Assembly: GCA_964549615.1 (NCBI GenBank)
Contig: CAZJVP010000051.1
Coordinates: 88,485-152,484, forward strand
Direction of reading: 5' to 3'
Origin: an uncultured Thermococci archaeon
GTDB taxonomy: Archaea > CAYQAE01 > CAYVLA01
Length of the DNA stretch: 64,000 nt
The position numbers and the translations under genes were made by a program. Below the pieces are notes generated by a model. That model saw only the letters and a list, made by a program, of their open reading frames with translations, was not told the origin of the DNA and ran no database searches. This document shows positions 8,235-18,073 of this stretch, piece by piece. Positions within the stretch are counted from its first letter, which is position 1. Each line of letters opens with the position of its first letter.

Positions 8235-8876
8235 GTGCTTCCTACTGGGATAGCCAGGATGCTTCGGGAGTTGTCTTTGCTGGAGCGACCCGTCTCGCAG
8301 GTTGAGATCGCACGGGTGACCGGGTGCTCTGCTTCCATGGTCAGCAAGGTCGTGGGAATGCTGGGAAGGAAAAGGATCGTTCACAAGCCTGCGAAGAGGA
8401 GGGTGGCTGTAGCTAATCTGGAGTACCTCCTGTTGTATTGGGCCTTCAGGCGGGACATAGAGGATGATCCACGCACCCTTCTGGAAACCTCGTTGGCGGC
8501 CCAGGAAGTTGAGGAACACGCGGGCAGGTCATGTCCTCAACTGGCCTTCACGGCTTTCTCTGCTGCTAGGGTAGTGGGTGCGTACCCTGCGCCGTACTCC
8601 GACGTCATCGCCTACGATCTCTCCAACGGGTCGTGTGAGCTTGACCTGCCGAAGGGAAGAAGCTCGACTTTAGTGTTGCTGAGGGCGGATGATGCCCACC
8701 TAGGGTCGAAGACAATGCTGAAGGATGGGCTCAGAGTGGTGCCCATCAGGCAGGCTTATGTGGATCTTCTGAGCCTCGGGACCTGGGAGGCGAAGTACGC
8801 AGCCATGTCGCTGGCCGGAATCGATACCTGCCTTCCTCTGATCGGGTCGCGGCCCGAGATCACGGAATATCTTTGA
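8235..8876 (+). CDS. wHTH protein with AbiEi-like (type IV antitoxin-like) C-terminal domain
   Basis: HTH 'SQVEIARVTGCSASMVSKVV', LAFTAFSAA, VVPIRQAYVDLL; TATA-like 'tatttaa' upstream. Confidence 0.6.
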   Translation: MLPTGIARMLRELSLLERPVSQVEIARVTGCSASMVSKVVGMLGRKRIVHKPAKRRVAVANLEYLLLYWAFRRDIEDDPRTLLETSLAAQEVEEHAGRSCPQLAFTAFSAARVVGAYPAPYSDVIAYDLSNGSCELDLPKGRSSTLVLLRADDAHLGSKTMLKDGLRVVPIRQAYVDLLSLGTWEAKYAAMSLAGIDTCLPLIGSRPEITEYL

Positions 8877-8950
8877 GGCCGCTGCTGCAGTTGATCTCCA
8901 GATCCGCGCCGTGAGCCTCGTGACACTTGAGCAGGTTGGAGGCATCTGAT

Positions 8951-10138
8951 ATGAACGAGGTGATGGAGAATCCAAAGAAGGTGAAAGGTGGAGCTTACGT
9001 ATTGGTCACGCCCAATGGTCCCGAGGACGGCGGGGATTTCGGGCCCAGGACGACGGGAACAAGAACCAGCGGCATCCAGGAAGCCTTGGATCATGCGAAG
9101 GGCAACAGGAAGGACCTCTACATCGCCGGCGGCGGCCTCACCGAACCATTCAAGGGAGGCGTGGGCTACCAGCTTCAGGAAACCCTGAGGATACCTTGGA
9201 ACCAGAACTGGCGCCTGGACGGGGGAGAGTACTGGCTGACCTACGCGGGGGAGAGCGGGGACGGCGTGGTCATCGACAGCCAGATGAACTGCCGGATCAA
9301 GCTCGGGGTGGTCGTCAACTCCCGTTCCCCTGGGGCTGTCGTGCGTATATGTCCCACCTCAAAAGGGCCGGATAACTTCCGGTGCGCCGTGGCCAGCACC
9401 TTCCAGTTCAACGCGCTGGTCGGTGCCGGGGATGTCTGGGGAAAAGGTGGGGCGGTGCAGAGGAGCACAGGGCTTCTGATGGACGCATCCGGAGGGCCGA
9501 TCTCGGGCAACAAGGTGCAGGTCCGGGAGATCAACGCATGCGACGTCGGCGTACACCTGACCCAAGGGTGCAGCGGGAACGACATCGAGGCGACCTGGAT
9601 TCACCTGACCAATCTGGGCTTGAGGATCGGGGATGAAGGGTCTCCCAATGTCCGCGGGAACACAATAAAGGCAGGCATCTCGGGCGACCTGAAGGGGACC
9701 AAGGGTGTGCAGATCTTCGGGCAGAGGAATCTCCTGACGATCAATGCCCACGGCAATGATCCGGGCCAGAACATGATATTCGAGGAAACGGCCAGGGACA
9801 ACCTCATCATCGCCCTGGATCTTGCCGACGGGTTCACCAACCGCGCGGCGATCCCGACGAATCGAATCATTCCCGCATGCCCCGTCGAATTCTCCCTGGC
9901 CACGCCGCCCATCCCTGCATCGGGAGAGGAGGTGGTGAACCGATATCCTTACACGGTGCTTGTTCGCATCGTGCGCCCGGGCAGGGTCACCGGCTGGATT
10001 GAAAAGGATGCCAACGGGGCCTCCGAGGCGTTCCAGGGCAACCTGTTCGTAGGACAAACGCTCGTTCTGTCGCCTGGCCAGGGGATCATCTTCACCTACG
10101 ATGAGCCGCCGGCCTGGAGATGGAAGGCCGTCGAGTAG
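8951..10138 (+). CDS. Right-handed beta-helix protein (pectate-lyase/tailspike-like)
   Basis: TSGIQEALD N-cap motif, repeated GN/N ladder (ISGNKV, CSGNDI, VRGNTI, QRNLL, RDNLI). Confidence 0.7.
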   Translation: MNEVMENPKKVKGGAYVLVTPNGPEDGGDFGPRTTGTRTSGIQEALDHAKGNRKDLYIAGGGLTEPFKGGVGYQLQETLRIPWNQNWRLDGGEYWLTYAGESGDGVVIDSQMNCRIKLGVVVNSRSPGAVVRICPTSKGPDNFRCAVASTFQFNALVGAGDVWGKGGAVQRSTGLLMDASGGPISGNKVQVREINACDVGVHLTQGCSGNDIEATWIHLTNLGLRIGDEGSPNVRGNTIKAGISGDLKGTKGVQIFGQRNLLTINAHGNDPGQNMIFEETARDNLIIALDLADGFTNRAAIPTNRIIPACPVEFSLATPPIPASGEEVVNRYPYTVLVRIVRPGRVTGWIEKDANGASEAFQGNLFVGQTLVLSPGQGIIFTYDEPPAWRWKAVE

Positions 10139-10188
10139 ACGTTTGGCTGTGACCTGTCTAGTCGTGTCGGCCGGACGCGGGTGGTTTC

Positions 10189-10917
10189 TTGAAGAACCAG
10201 TACTTCGGGGACACTAGGGATCTGTTCAAGTACGACCTCGTGCTGGAGTTCCTGCTCCAAACTGGGCTCAAGCGATTCACCTTCATCCCCATGCTCACCC
10301 AGGACGAACCAAGCTACAGCGGAGGCCGTACCGACCACTCGAAGGCGCGGGCTGGGACGGGCAGGAAGGAGTTGGTGGACAGCCTCACGGCCTGCATCAA
10401 GGAAGGCAGGAGGAACATAAGAGAGCTTAGTTGGGTCATCAGATCCGGCGCGCCAACGGCCGGGATCAGCGTGGCGATCTACGCGGAGGATCGCCTATTC
10501 ACGCACGAGGCAAGACGCCAGTACTTCGGGGGGATAGGCTTCGGCCTGCTCGAGCGCTCCGTGATTCTTGTGGATCCCGACATAGGCCTGGAGGTGAAGA
10601 GCATGAGGGGCAGGGAGGAAAGGTATGTCACCTACGACGAGGTCAAGCTTCTCTACGATCGGATGGATCCGCGCTCGATCCTCACCGTATTCCAATTCAT
10701 ACCTCGGGTGAAGAGGCTCCATTACATCCAGCTTCTGCGGGCAAGGCTGGCACGGCAAGTCGCCACGGGCGGGGAAGTCTGCTACGTATCGGACAATCAG
10801 GTTGCCTTGTTTGCACTGGCCAAGGGCTCACGGTCAAGGCACTTGGTGCGCAGCGTGATCCATGGATATGCCGAACGCTACGGCCTGCTCTGTGGCCCCA
10901 ACGAAGTCGATGGGTAG
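10189..10917 (+). CDS. Conserved hypothetical protein (MKNQYFGD...DPD.G type), possibly methyltransferase fold
   Basis: Long ORF; N-terminal YFGD..D.FKY and LVDPDIG motifs. Confidence 0.7.
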   Translation: MKNQYFGDTRDLFKYDLVLEFLLQTGLKRFTFIPMLTQDEPSYSGGRTDHSKARAGTGRKELVDSLTACIKEGRRNIRELSWVIRSGAPTAGISVAIYAEDRLFTHEARRQYFGGIGFGLLERSVILVDPDIGLEVKSMRGREERYVTYDEVKLLYDRMDPRSILTVFQFIPRVKRLHYIQLLRARLARQVATGGEVCYVSDNQVALFALAKGSRSRHLVRSVIHGYAERYGLLCGPNEVDG

Positions 10918-10936
10918 TTTCAGGGCATGTTGGTCG

Positions 10937-11950
10937 TCATGCCCTTGCCCGCATCCTCTTAATGATCTGAGAGAAGTTGCGAGCAATCTCCTCCATTCCC
11001 TGCGGCGATGGATGGACGAGATCGAAGCTCAGCCCGGGGACCTCCCTCAGCAGTCTCCTTCCATCGATGTGGAACAGTCTGGGCATGTTCAGATCCTTGA
11101 CCGCGTCGCGCACGATCTGCCTGAACGCGGCCTGCCTAGCCGGCGTTGGCTCAAGGTCGGCAGAGAAGGTGAACATGTCGGTGCAGAACACCCATTTCCT
11201 GGGATGGGATCTGGCGATCCTGCGCACGAAGTACCTCACCCTGCGTTCGAACTCCTCGTTTGTGAACTCCGGGCGGGGCATCATGTTGATGCCTATCTCC
11301 AGCGTGGCGAGGTCCCAATCCTGCCGGCGGGCGATGTAGTCCGCCATCTGGGCTTCGCAGTGGGCACCGCCGCCGAAGCCCAGGTTCACCAAATCGACCC
11401 CAAGCATCTGGGCCATCCGCATAACGTAGGAGCCAGTGGGCCTTATTGCCCAAGCACCGTGGGTGATGGACGAGCCGTAGGTGAGCAGGGTCTCCCTCGG
11501 GGTCTGGGACCTCCTGGGAGGCTCGGTCTCGCCCTCTACCTCGACCAGCCTAACGGGCGGCCAGTACGGTAGGATTACCCTTGTTAGGTGTGCGTCGAAG
11601 GGAAGCTTCCTCTCCCTCGTGATCTTGTCGAGGGACTTCATGTTCTGGGGCTTCGACACCCTGATCTCCGTGGCCTCGGGGCCTACGAGGTGCCATGAAA
11701 CCAGGAAGCATCCCTGGAAGACTTCGACCAGCGCGGGCGGCTCCTTGCCGGCTATGAGACTGATCTTCGCCTCGGTCCCTTTGAGGTTGAACCTGATCTC
11801 CGCCCCCGCCGCGGCCAGGGCTGCCTCCTTGGCTTGATCGTTCAAGCTCACCCTCAGGTCATTGGGGATCCTGCTGAGCAGCATTCCCTTGCCGTCGGGA
11901 GGCGATATCAGCTCCTCGATGTTGTGCAATTCCACGCCTTTGTGAATCAA
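10937..11950 (-). CDS. SGNH/GDSL hydrolase
   Basis: YGSSITHG, NLGFGG, GIN, DLVHPS; TTG start after GAGGAG. Confidence 0.85.
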   Translation of the reverse strand: MIHKGVELHNIEELISPPDGKGMLLSRIPNDLRVSLNDQAKEAALAAAGAEIRFNLKGTEAKISLIAGKEPPALVEVFQGCFLVSWHLVGPEATEIRVSKPQNMKSLDKITRERKLPFDAHLTRVILPYWPPVRLVEVEGETEPPRRSQTPRETLLTYGSSITHGAWAIRPTGSYVMRMAQMLGVDLVNLGFGGGAHCEAQMADYIARRQDWDLATLEIGINMMPRPEFTNEEFERRVRYFVRRIARSHPRKWVFCTDMFTFSADLEPTPARQAAFRQIVRDAVKDLNMPRLFHIDGRRLLREVPGLSFDLVHPSPQGMEEIARNFSQIIKRMRARA

Positions 11951-12367
11951 CTCCTCATCCCTCGCAGCGATGTTGCTTGGGCCTCCAGCAGCGTCCGCCT
12001 CGGCGTCGGCCGAGGAATCCACGTCCTGGCATAAGCCGGTGTCCGGTGGAGCTGCCGCCAGGCAGGCGGGCCGAAGTGCGCATAGATATCTTTCGCCGAG
12101 AGGACTAGGTGTCGGGCATCCCGGCGCTTGATCGTGCTGGTCCGAGCTCCATCCTTCATCCCCCGACGGCTGTCCCAAGTGCATGCTGTGCACAGAACCA
12201 AAACTGTGACGCTGCGTCTAAACCCAGCGTTGCTGGCGCCTTGAGGGCCCGCAGATAGGCAAGCCGGGTTCGCCCCGGTCCGCGACACGGCCGCCTGTCC
12301 GGCCAGCAAGCAAGATCAGACGTAAGGTTTAAAGATGCTCGTGGAAACTCCAGCGCAGAGCAGTAAC

Positions 12368-13636
12368 ATGCCTGCGCCCTCCGGTCAAGCTGGTGATGAG
12401 CCAGTCCACTGGCTTGCCGTCCTTTCCCTTGCATCGTGCGTCATGGGTTCGTCGGCGGCCACGGCCCTGGAGGACGGACGGATCGGGGTCCTCTACATCG
12501 GCTGCATCGCCCGTTCCCGGCCCTTCTGGGACATGAGGCAGGACCCTCTCTTCGCGCTCAGCTTCGTGCAGGCGACCCTTCGCTCGTCCGGAGCATGGGC
12601 CCCTATACAGCAGGTGTCGGGAGGAGGTGAAGTGGCCAGGATGGTGAGGCTGTACATGCCCCGAACCTACTCGCGGCTGACGTCGGGGTTCGATGTCATA
12701 GTCCTTTCCAACGCGAATCGATTCATGGTGGGCGTGAGCAACATCGAGATGGTCGCCCGTGCAGTCAGGGAGGGTGGCCTGGGGCTTTTCATGTCCGGAG
12801 GCTGGGAGAGCTTCGGGGGGCACAATCATCCCGACTGGGGAAGCACCTCGGTGGGCGATCTGCTTCCGACCGTGGATGTTGAGGGCTCCTGGGTGTCGCA
12901 TCCGCGTGGCGACCTCAAGCTCGTGATCACCGACGAGAAGCACGAGTTCATCAGGAGCCTTCCCTGGGAGAGGGAGAAGGCGCAGTTCATGTTCGACTTC
13001 CACCACAACGTGGTCACAGCCAAAGAGGGTTCCCAGGTGCTTGCCCGGGTACGGGCTCCGGACTTGGATGATCCGGCCATGGTGAGCTGGGAGCTTGCGG
13101 GGGGAAACCGCGTCTTCGCCCTAACCGGCGAAGTCCACACGATGGCGTTAGGCCCGTGGCCGTACTACCTGGACTTCGGGGCAAACCTGATGATCTACCT
13201 TGACGGCCGCCCAGTTCCCCAAGACATCGACCTGGTGCACTCGCTCAGGACGACGATGCACGCGGTCGCCGTAAGGAGGTCCCTGCTGATTAGCCTCCTG
13301 GAGTTCTGTGACTCCTTCGGCGCTGACACGGGCGGGATCACGGTCAGGACGGACGAGCTGGACAAGATCGCGGCGCAGGCAAAGCCCCTCTATCTGCAAC
13401 TGCAGTTCCAAGAAACCCTAGACGCCTACAGGAGCGTCGAGGAGGGCCTGGCGACGATCGAACAGGACGCAATGCGGCTGAAGGACAGAACCCTGTTTTG
13501 GATCTACATCATCGAATGGGTTGCCGTGACCGGAACCATGATGGTCTGCGGGGTCCTCCTTTGGTCGATCATGATCCGCCACAGTCTGTACAGAGAAACC
13601 CGAACGACAAGGTTGGAGCGCCTGGATCCACCCTGA
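12368..13636 (+). CDS. GATase1-like (DUF1355-type) domain surface protein with C-terminal TM, paralog 1
   Basis: Signal peptide, FDVIVLSNAN, GLFMSGGWESFGG, LLP, helical stalk, TM plus basic tail; ORF could start at 12335. Confidence 0.8.
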   Translation: MPAPSGQAGDEPVHWLAVLSLASCVMGSSAATALEDGRIGVLYIGCIARSRPFWDMRQDPLFALSFVQATLRSSGAWAPIQQVSGGGEVARMVRLYMPRTYSRLTSGFDVIVLSNANRFMVGVSNIEMVARAVREGGLGLFMSGGWESFGGHNHPDWGSTSVGDLLPTVDVEGSWVSHPRGDLKLVITDEKHEFIRSLPWEREKAQFMFDFHHNVVTAKEGSQVLARVRAPDLDDPAMVSWELAGGNRVFALTGEVHTMALGPWPYYLDFGANLMIYLDGRPVPQDIDLVHSLRTTMHAVAVRRSLLISLLEFCDSFGADTGGITVRTDELDKIAAQAKPLYLQLQFQETLDAYRSVEEGLATIEQDAMRLKDRTLFWIYIIEWVAVTGTMMVCGVLLWSIMIRHSLYRETRTTRLERLDPP

Positions 13637-14107
13637 GCTGCATGGAGAGCTTGGAGGGGTATGCAGCAAGCATCCAGCGGACTCTATTTGTCCGATAGGC
13701 CCCTCGAACCGATCTCCTTGCCCCGCCGTCGCCTGACCATCAACATGGAGGCCGTCGCGCGTTGGACATGCATCCTCGTCGTTGGGCGATCCTCTAGCTG
13801 AGATACTTTCTTCGCATTCGCTCAGGCATGGATATCGTGTTGCCCGTTGCGTGCATTAAGGCCATGTAGGGCTGCGGGATCTGGTCATCCCCATTCGCGG
13901 ATCGGCAAGCGGCATTGGCGGGCCTCGGAAAAGGTCAACCGGCGAAGGAAGCGCTAATGGGTTAAGTTCGGCGATCGGAAAACGACGCTGTCCGAGATCA
14001 TGGGGTTCAGTTACGTGTGAAGATGGAATCCCGATTCGCCTGCTCCTCGGGGTGACTGCAAGCCAATGTCCCCCACTGAAAACTTTCGTTTGGGGTCGCC
14101 GGCCCGG

Positions 14108-14569
14108 CTACAGTCCTAGCATCTTAGCAGCTTGCCGATGATCGACGACTTGGAAATCAGAGTAGGTCGGCATGAGGCTTTGGACCGGAAATCCTTGGAT
14201 CTCCTCGTCCTCGGTGATGAGGATGTTTCCCGCCCAAGCCCCTGTCGCAACTATCACACAGTCAACGAAATCCGTCATCTGCCTTCGCGCTAGGATCGAC
14301 CTCAGGCAGACCTCCGGCTCGGAAACCGGCACCTTGGTCAATCCCTCGTCGGACGCCAATACGGCGATGCCGGTGAGGACGTCGTCCTCTCGAAGATACG
14401 ACTCGGCGCAATGTTTGGCCGCGATTGCCATGGCCTCGAACACGGAGATTTCACTGAGCATCGTCTCGTGTCCGGCCCGACGGAGTCTCCGGAGAAGGTC
14501 CCTTGGAACGTCGGCCTGGGCCATCCCTAGGCAGGGAAGAACGTAGGTGGTGTCGAGGACGACCCTCAT
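14108..14569 (-). CDS. vapC: PIN-domain ribonuclease toxin
   Basis: VVLDTT, SVFE, DFVDCVI, LITED acidic motifs. Confidence 0.85.
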   Translation of the reverse strand: MRVVLDTTYVLPCLGMAQADVPRDLLRRLRRAGHETMLSEISVFEAMAIAAKHCAESYLREDDVLTGIAVLASDEGLTKVPVSEPEVCLRSILARRQMTDFVDCVIVATGAWAGNILITEDEEIQGFPVQSLMPTYSDFQVVDHRQAAKMLGL

Positions 14570-14802
14570 CGCTCCAGCCTCTGAGAGAGTTCTTTTCGGG
14601 ACCTGGTGAACTCCTCAGGCGAGATGATCAGCTTCGGCTCCCTCTCGAGGAGGTCATCAAGGCTGGGGAGGGGATGCACGATGAGCCGTCCACGGTCGAC
14701 GCTGTATGACACCAGAGAACCCGGCGCAATCCCGAGCGCGTCCCTCATACTCTTTGGTGGGAACAGCTCGCCCTTGGATCCAACCCTGCCGGTGACGGCC
14801 AT
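14566..14802 (-). CDS. vapB: AbrB/MazE-type antitoxin
   Basis: VGSKGELFPPKSMRDALGIAPG; 4-nt overlap with the PIN gene. Confidence 0.88.
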   Translation of the reverse strand: MAVTGRVGSKGELFPPKSMRDALGIAPGSLVSYSVDRGRLIVHPLPSLDDLLEREPKLIISPEEFTRSRKELSQRLER

Positions 14803-15057
14803 GTAGAGCGCTTGCCGGAATAGCTTAATAATATTCCCTTAGCCGGATTTGGGGCCATTGACCGGATGAGTCCGGCAGATTCAACGACGCCAGATATCGC
14901 GCAAGGGCCAACTTGATCGACAGCTCCATGATCTGCAGGTTTCCTCTGGCGATGGCGTGCGCTCTCGGTCAACAGTTTGGGAGGTCGGGAGGGGTGGCCG
15001 GGCCCGTTGGTGGTGGTGTCGGAAGATTCTTATCCGTTCTGGACCGAAGCGGGGTGG

Positions 15058-16299
15058 ATGCTGGAGAATCGCCTTCTCCTCATAGCCGTCATCGCTGCGA
15101 TCGCGGTGGGGCAAGCACGCCAGGGTTTGGCTCTGGAGGACCGCCGGATCGGCGTCCTGTACGTGAGCGATCCCATCAGGTCACCCGCCTTCACCTTCAT
15201 GCGCGCCGAGCCCATCTTCTCCCTCACCTTCGTGGCCGCCTCCCTGAGGGGCTTCGGGGGCTGGGATCTGGACGACGTCCACAGGGCGATACGGCTCTAT
15301 TTCCCGCGCATGTACCAGGATCTGACAAGCCGATTCGATGTCGTGGTCCTTGACAATGCGAACCAGATGGCGATTACGCCTGAGCAGATCGAGCTGTTGG
15401 CACGGGGAGTGAGGGAGGCTGGCATAGGATTGCTCATGACGGGTGGCTGGGAAAGCTTCGGCGGCACGGGGACGGCCCAGCCCTCATGGGGCCCGACCGC
15501 GATCGGCGCCCTTCTTCCCGTCCAGTGCGTCGACGGCACATGGGTCGAATCGGGCAGGCTCGTCATCGACGAGCCGGAGCACGAGTTCGTGGCAAGCATC
15601 CCATGGGACCGCAAGGGCCCATTCATGCAGTCCTTCCACCACAACCTGGTCACCGTCAGGGAGGGGGGACAGTTGCTCGCCCATACCGACCGCAACCGGT
15701 ATCAACCTGGTGGCGACCACCCGCTTTTCATCACGTGGGAGGTGGAAGGGGCAAGGGTCTTCGCGTGCACGGGCGAGATAGTCCAGATGGCATCGATCTT
15801 CAGCTACGGCGGCACGAACTACGACATCTGGGAGTACTACGGGGATTTCATAAGCAACCTGATGATCTACCTCGACAAGCGCCCGGTGCCCCAGGATGTC
15901 GATCTCGTCCATGCCGTGAGGTCGACGGCATTCCAAAGCAGGACCAGGGTCTCCCTGCTCTTGAGCCTCGTTGAGTTCGTCGAGTCCTTCGGGGCGAACG
16001 GCCAGGGGGTGATGCGCTCAGTCGACGAGCTGAACGGGGTCGTCGCCCAGGCCGACGGTGCGTACCTTGACCTCAACTTCGAGGAGGTTCTGGAAATCTA
16101 TCGCCGGATCGGAACGATGCTCGATGACATCGAAAAGCAGGCGCTTGAGCTCAAGGACCGAACGCTTCTCTGGGTCTACCTCGTCGAGTGGCTCGCGGTG
16201 ACCGGAACCGCTCTGCTCGCCGGCTTCATCTTGTGGACGACCATGGTCCGGCGGAGATTCTACAAGGAGATGAAGGTCACTAGAATCGCGGCCCTCTAG
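15058..16299 (+). CDS. GATase1-like domain surface protein, paralog 2
   Basis: Same motifs as 12368 (RIGVLY, RLYFPR, GGWESFGG, HHN, NLMIYLD.RPVPQD, LKDRTL.W). Confidence 0.85.
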   Translation: MLENRLLLIAVIAAIAVGQARQGLALEDRRIGVLYVSDPIRSPAFTFMRAEPIFSLTFVAASLRGFGGWDLDDVHRAIRLYFPRMYQDLTSRFDVVVLDNANQMAITPEQIELLARGVREAGIGLLMTGGWESFGGTGTAQPSWGPTAIGALLPVQCVDGTWVESGRLVIDEPEHEFVASIPWDRKGPFMQSFHHNLVTVREGGQLLAHTDRNRYQPGGDHPLFITWEVEGARVFACTGEIVQMASIFSYGGTNYDIWEYYGDFISNLMIYLDKRPVPQDVDLVHAVRSTAFQSRTRVSLLLSLVEFVESFGANGQGVMRSVDELNGVVAQADGAYLDLNFEEVLEIYRRIGTMLDDIEKQALELKDRTLLWVYLVEWLAVTGTALLAGFILWTTMVRRRFYKEMKVTRIAAL

Positions 16300-16447
16300 G
16301 TCTGCCACGCCTTCGGTATGCCCGTGCTGGCTGGGTTTCACGGACCGGCTTTCCGCGCGATCCCATCGATCGTAAAGCACCGAGGGGAACGAGGTCACTA
16401 TTAAAATGCGTAAGCTACCGGTGAGCCCGGCTGAGGCGGCGTCCTGA

Positions 16448-17701
16448 TTGAAGGTTGGCTTTGCCATCAGCGAGATCACACCTCCGTTAGGCATTCCGTT
16501 GAGTGGCTACGGGTTCTTCCGGGATCGTAAGGCGGATGGGGTGTCCGACCCTTTGTACGTCAGGGCCGTGGGCATGGAGGATGAGGAACCTGCTCTGATC
16601 TTGGCCTTCGACCTTCTCGGCCTTGACTCCCTGCTGGTAGCACGCCTGAGGAGGAAGCTGGCCGACATGGCGGGCATCCCGAGGGATCACCTCATGCTGA
16701 CTTGCACCCACACCCACTCCGGCCCCAACGTCATGCCTTTGCGAGGTGAGCCTCGGAGGAGAGGGACATACCTGCGTGATCTTGTCGAGCAGGCGGGGGC
16801 GGCTGGGCAGGAGGCATTAGACCAGGCACGGACGGTGCGCGGCCTGTCGCGGTTCCGCACGCGCTTTGGGGGCTTCTCATGGAACAGGGCCTTTGCCGAT
16901 GGCGAGGTCAGCCGGGAGGTCAGCGGGATGGTTGCGAGGACGTCCGCGCGGACCGTGGTTTTAGTGAACTACGCCTGCCACCCCGTCACCCTGGGCATCA
17001 ACACGCAGATCTCGGCTGACTACCCAGGGGCATTCAACCAGATGATGGCCCGGGCCGGGATCTGCTCGCTCTTCCTCACGGGTCCCTGCGGCGACCTAGA
17101 TCCGGTCGTGAACCGGGATAGCTGGGGACGCGGTACGAAGGAACTTGCGAATCAGTATGCCAAGCAGCTTTTAAGGGCCACCCTGCGTGGGATTTCCCGC
17201 GCCAAGCCCTTTCGGGTGGACCAGTGTTCCGTCGCCACCGCGAATTTCAGGGCACCATACCGCGTGCCCGGAAGGCGGGAACTGAAAGAGGCATTGGCGA
17301 AGGCAAGGCAGGTCAAGGAGGACCCTGACAAGAAAGCGCTCTTCGAGATCTGCTGGGCGCGGGACGGGCTCAACCTGCTCAGATCTGGCCGTTTCGCCAA
17401 GTCGGCAACGCTGTATCTTCAGGCGTTCCGCGTGGGGGAGGTTGTGGTGATTGCGCTGCCGGCCGAGGTCTTCTTTGAGTTCGGGGAGGCGATAAGGGCT
17501 CCCTTCCCAGAAACTGAAGTCCTGATCGCCACGAGCGCGAACTCCGTGGTGGGGTACATCCCTTCGGAGAGGGATTTCGAGGCAGGCGGGTACGCCTCGG
17601 GCCTTGCATGCAAGTTCTACAAGAGGTTTCCCTTCGAGCCGGGGATAGGGGTCAAGCTGGTTGACCGATCGATCAAGCTCATTCGATCGCTTCTGCGGTG
17701 A
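16448..17701 (+). CDS. Neutral/alkaline ceramidase-like amidohydrolase
   Basis: ITPP, DPLYVRA, CTHTHSGP, NYACHP, ISADYPG, GPCGD, LPAEVF, GYIP motifs. Confidence 0.85.
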   Translation: MKVGFAISEITPPLGIPLSGYGFFRDRKADGVSDPLYVRAVGMEDEEPALILAFDLLGLDSLLVARLRRKLADMAGIPRDHLMLTCTHTHSGPNVMPLRGEPRRRGTYLRDLVEQAGAAGQEALDQARTVRGLSRFRTRFGGFSWNRAFADGEVSREVSGMVARTSARTVVLVNYACHPVTLGINTQISADYPGAFNQMMARAGICSLFLTGPCGDLDPVVNRDSWGRGTKELANQYAKQLLRATLRGISRAKPFRVDQCSVATANFRAPYRVPGRRELKEALAKARQVKEDPDKKALFEICWARDGLNLLRSGRFAKSATLYLQAFRVGEVVVIALPAEVFFEFGEAIRAPFPETEVLIATSANSVVGYIPSERDFEAGGYASGLACKFYKRFPFEPGIGVKLVDRSIKLIRSLLR

Positions 17702-18073
17702 ACCATCTGCCGACCGAGACACGATGTCATGCGTATCGGGTGGTGGTGCTGAGGCACTGAGCGTGTTGCAGGGCAGCTATCGGTTGCCAGGCCTTCTCTC
17801 AACGTGCACTTGGGATTCGGAACCCTCCTCGCATTGCAGCCACCTCAGATGCCGGGCCAACCCTCGTCGCGGACCGTGGCAGGAACCGGGTCGACTCAGC
17901 GTACGGGGGTCTGGCCTAAGAACGCGATCATGAGCAGCGTGCTGGGATCGTTGCATTTGTCATCATTAGCTGGGGAAGACCTCGCCACCCTTGCAGACGT
18001 GTCTTCTTGGGGGTCACGGGGTTTCGTTGTTGCCATGGTCTGGCCGGGCTACTTCTGGACTTGGTGACCTGCT

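Noticed and set aside
11951-12193. N-terminal extension of the SGNH hydrolase ORF
   Set aside because: Non-protein-like composition; an RBS and TTG at 11950 give a better start.
13637-14107. 470-bp ORF-free gap as ncRNA or attC-like cassette site
   Set aside because: No convincing structure, and no motif shared with other intergenic regions was found by eye; a covariance search would be needed.
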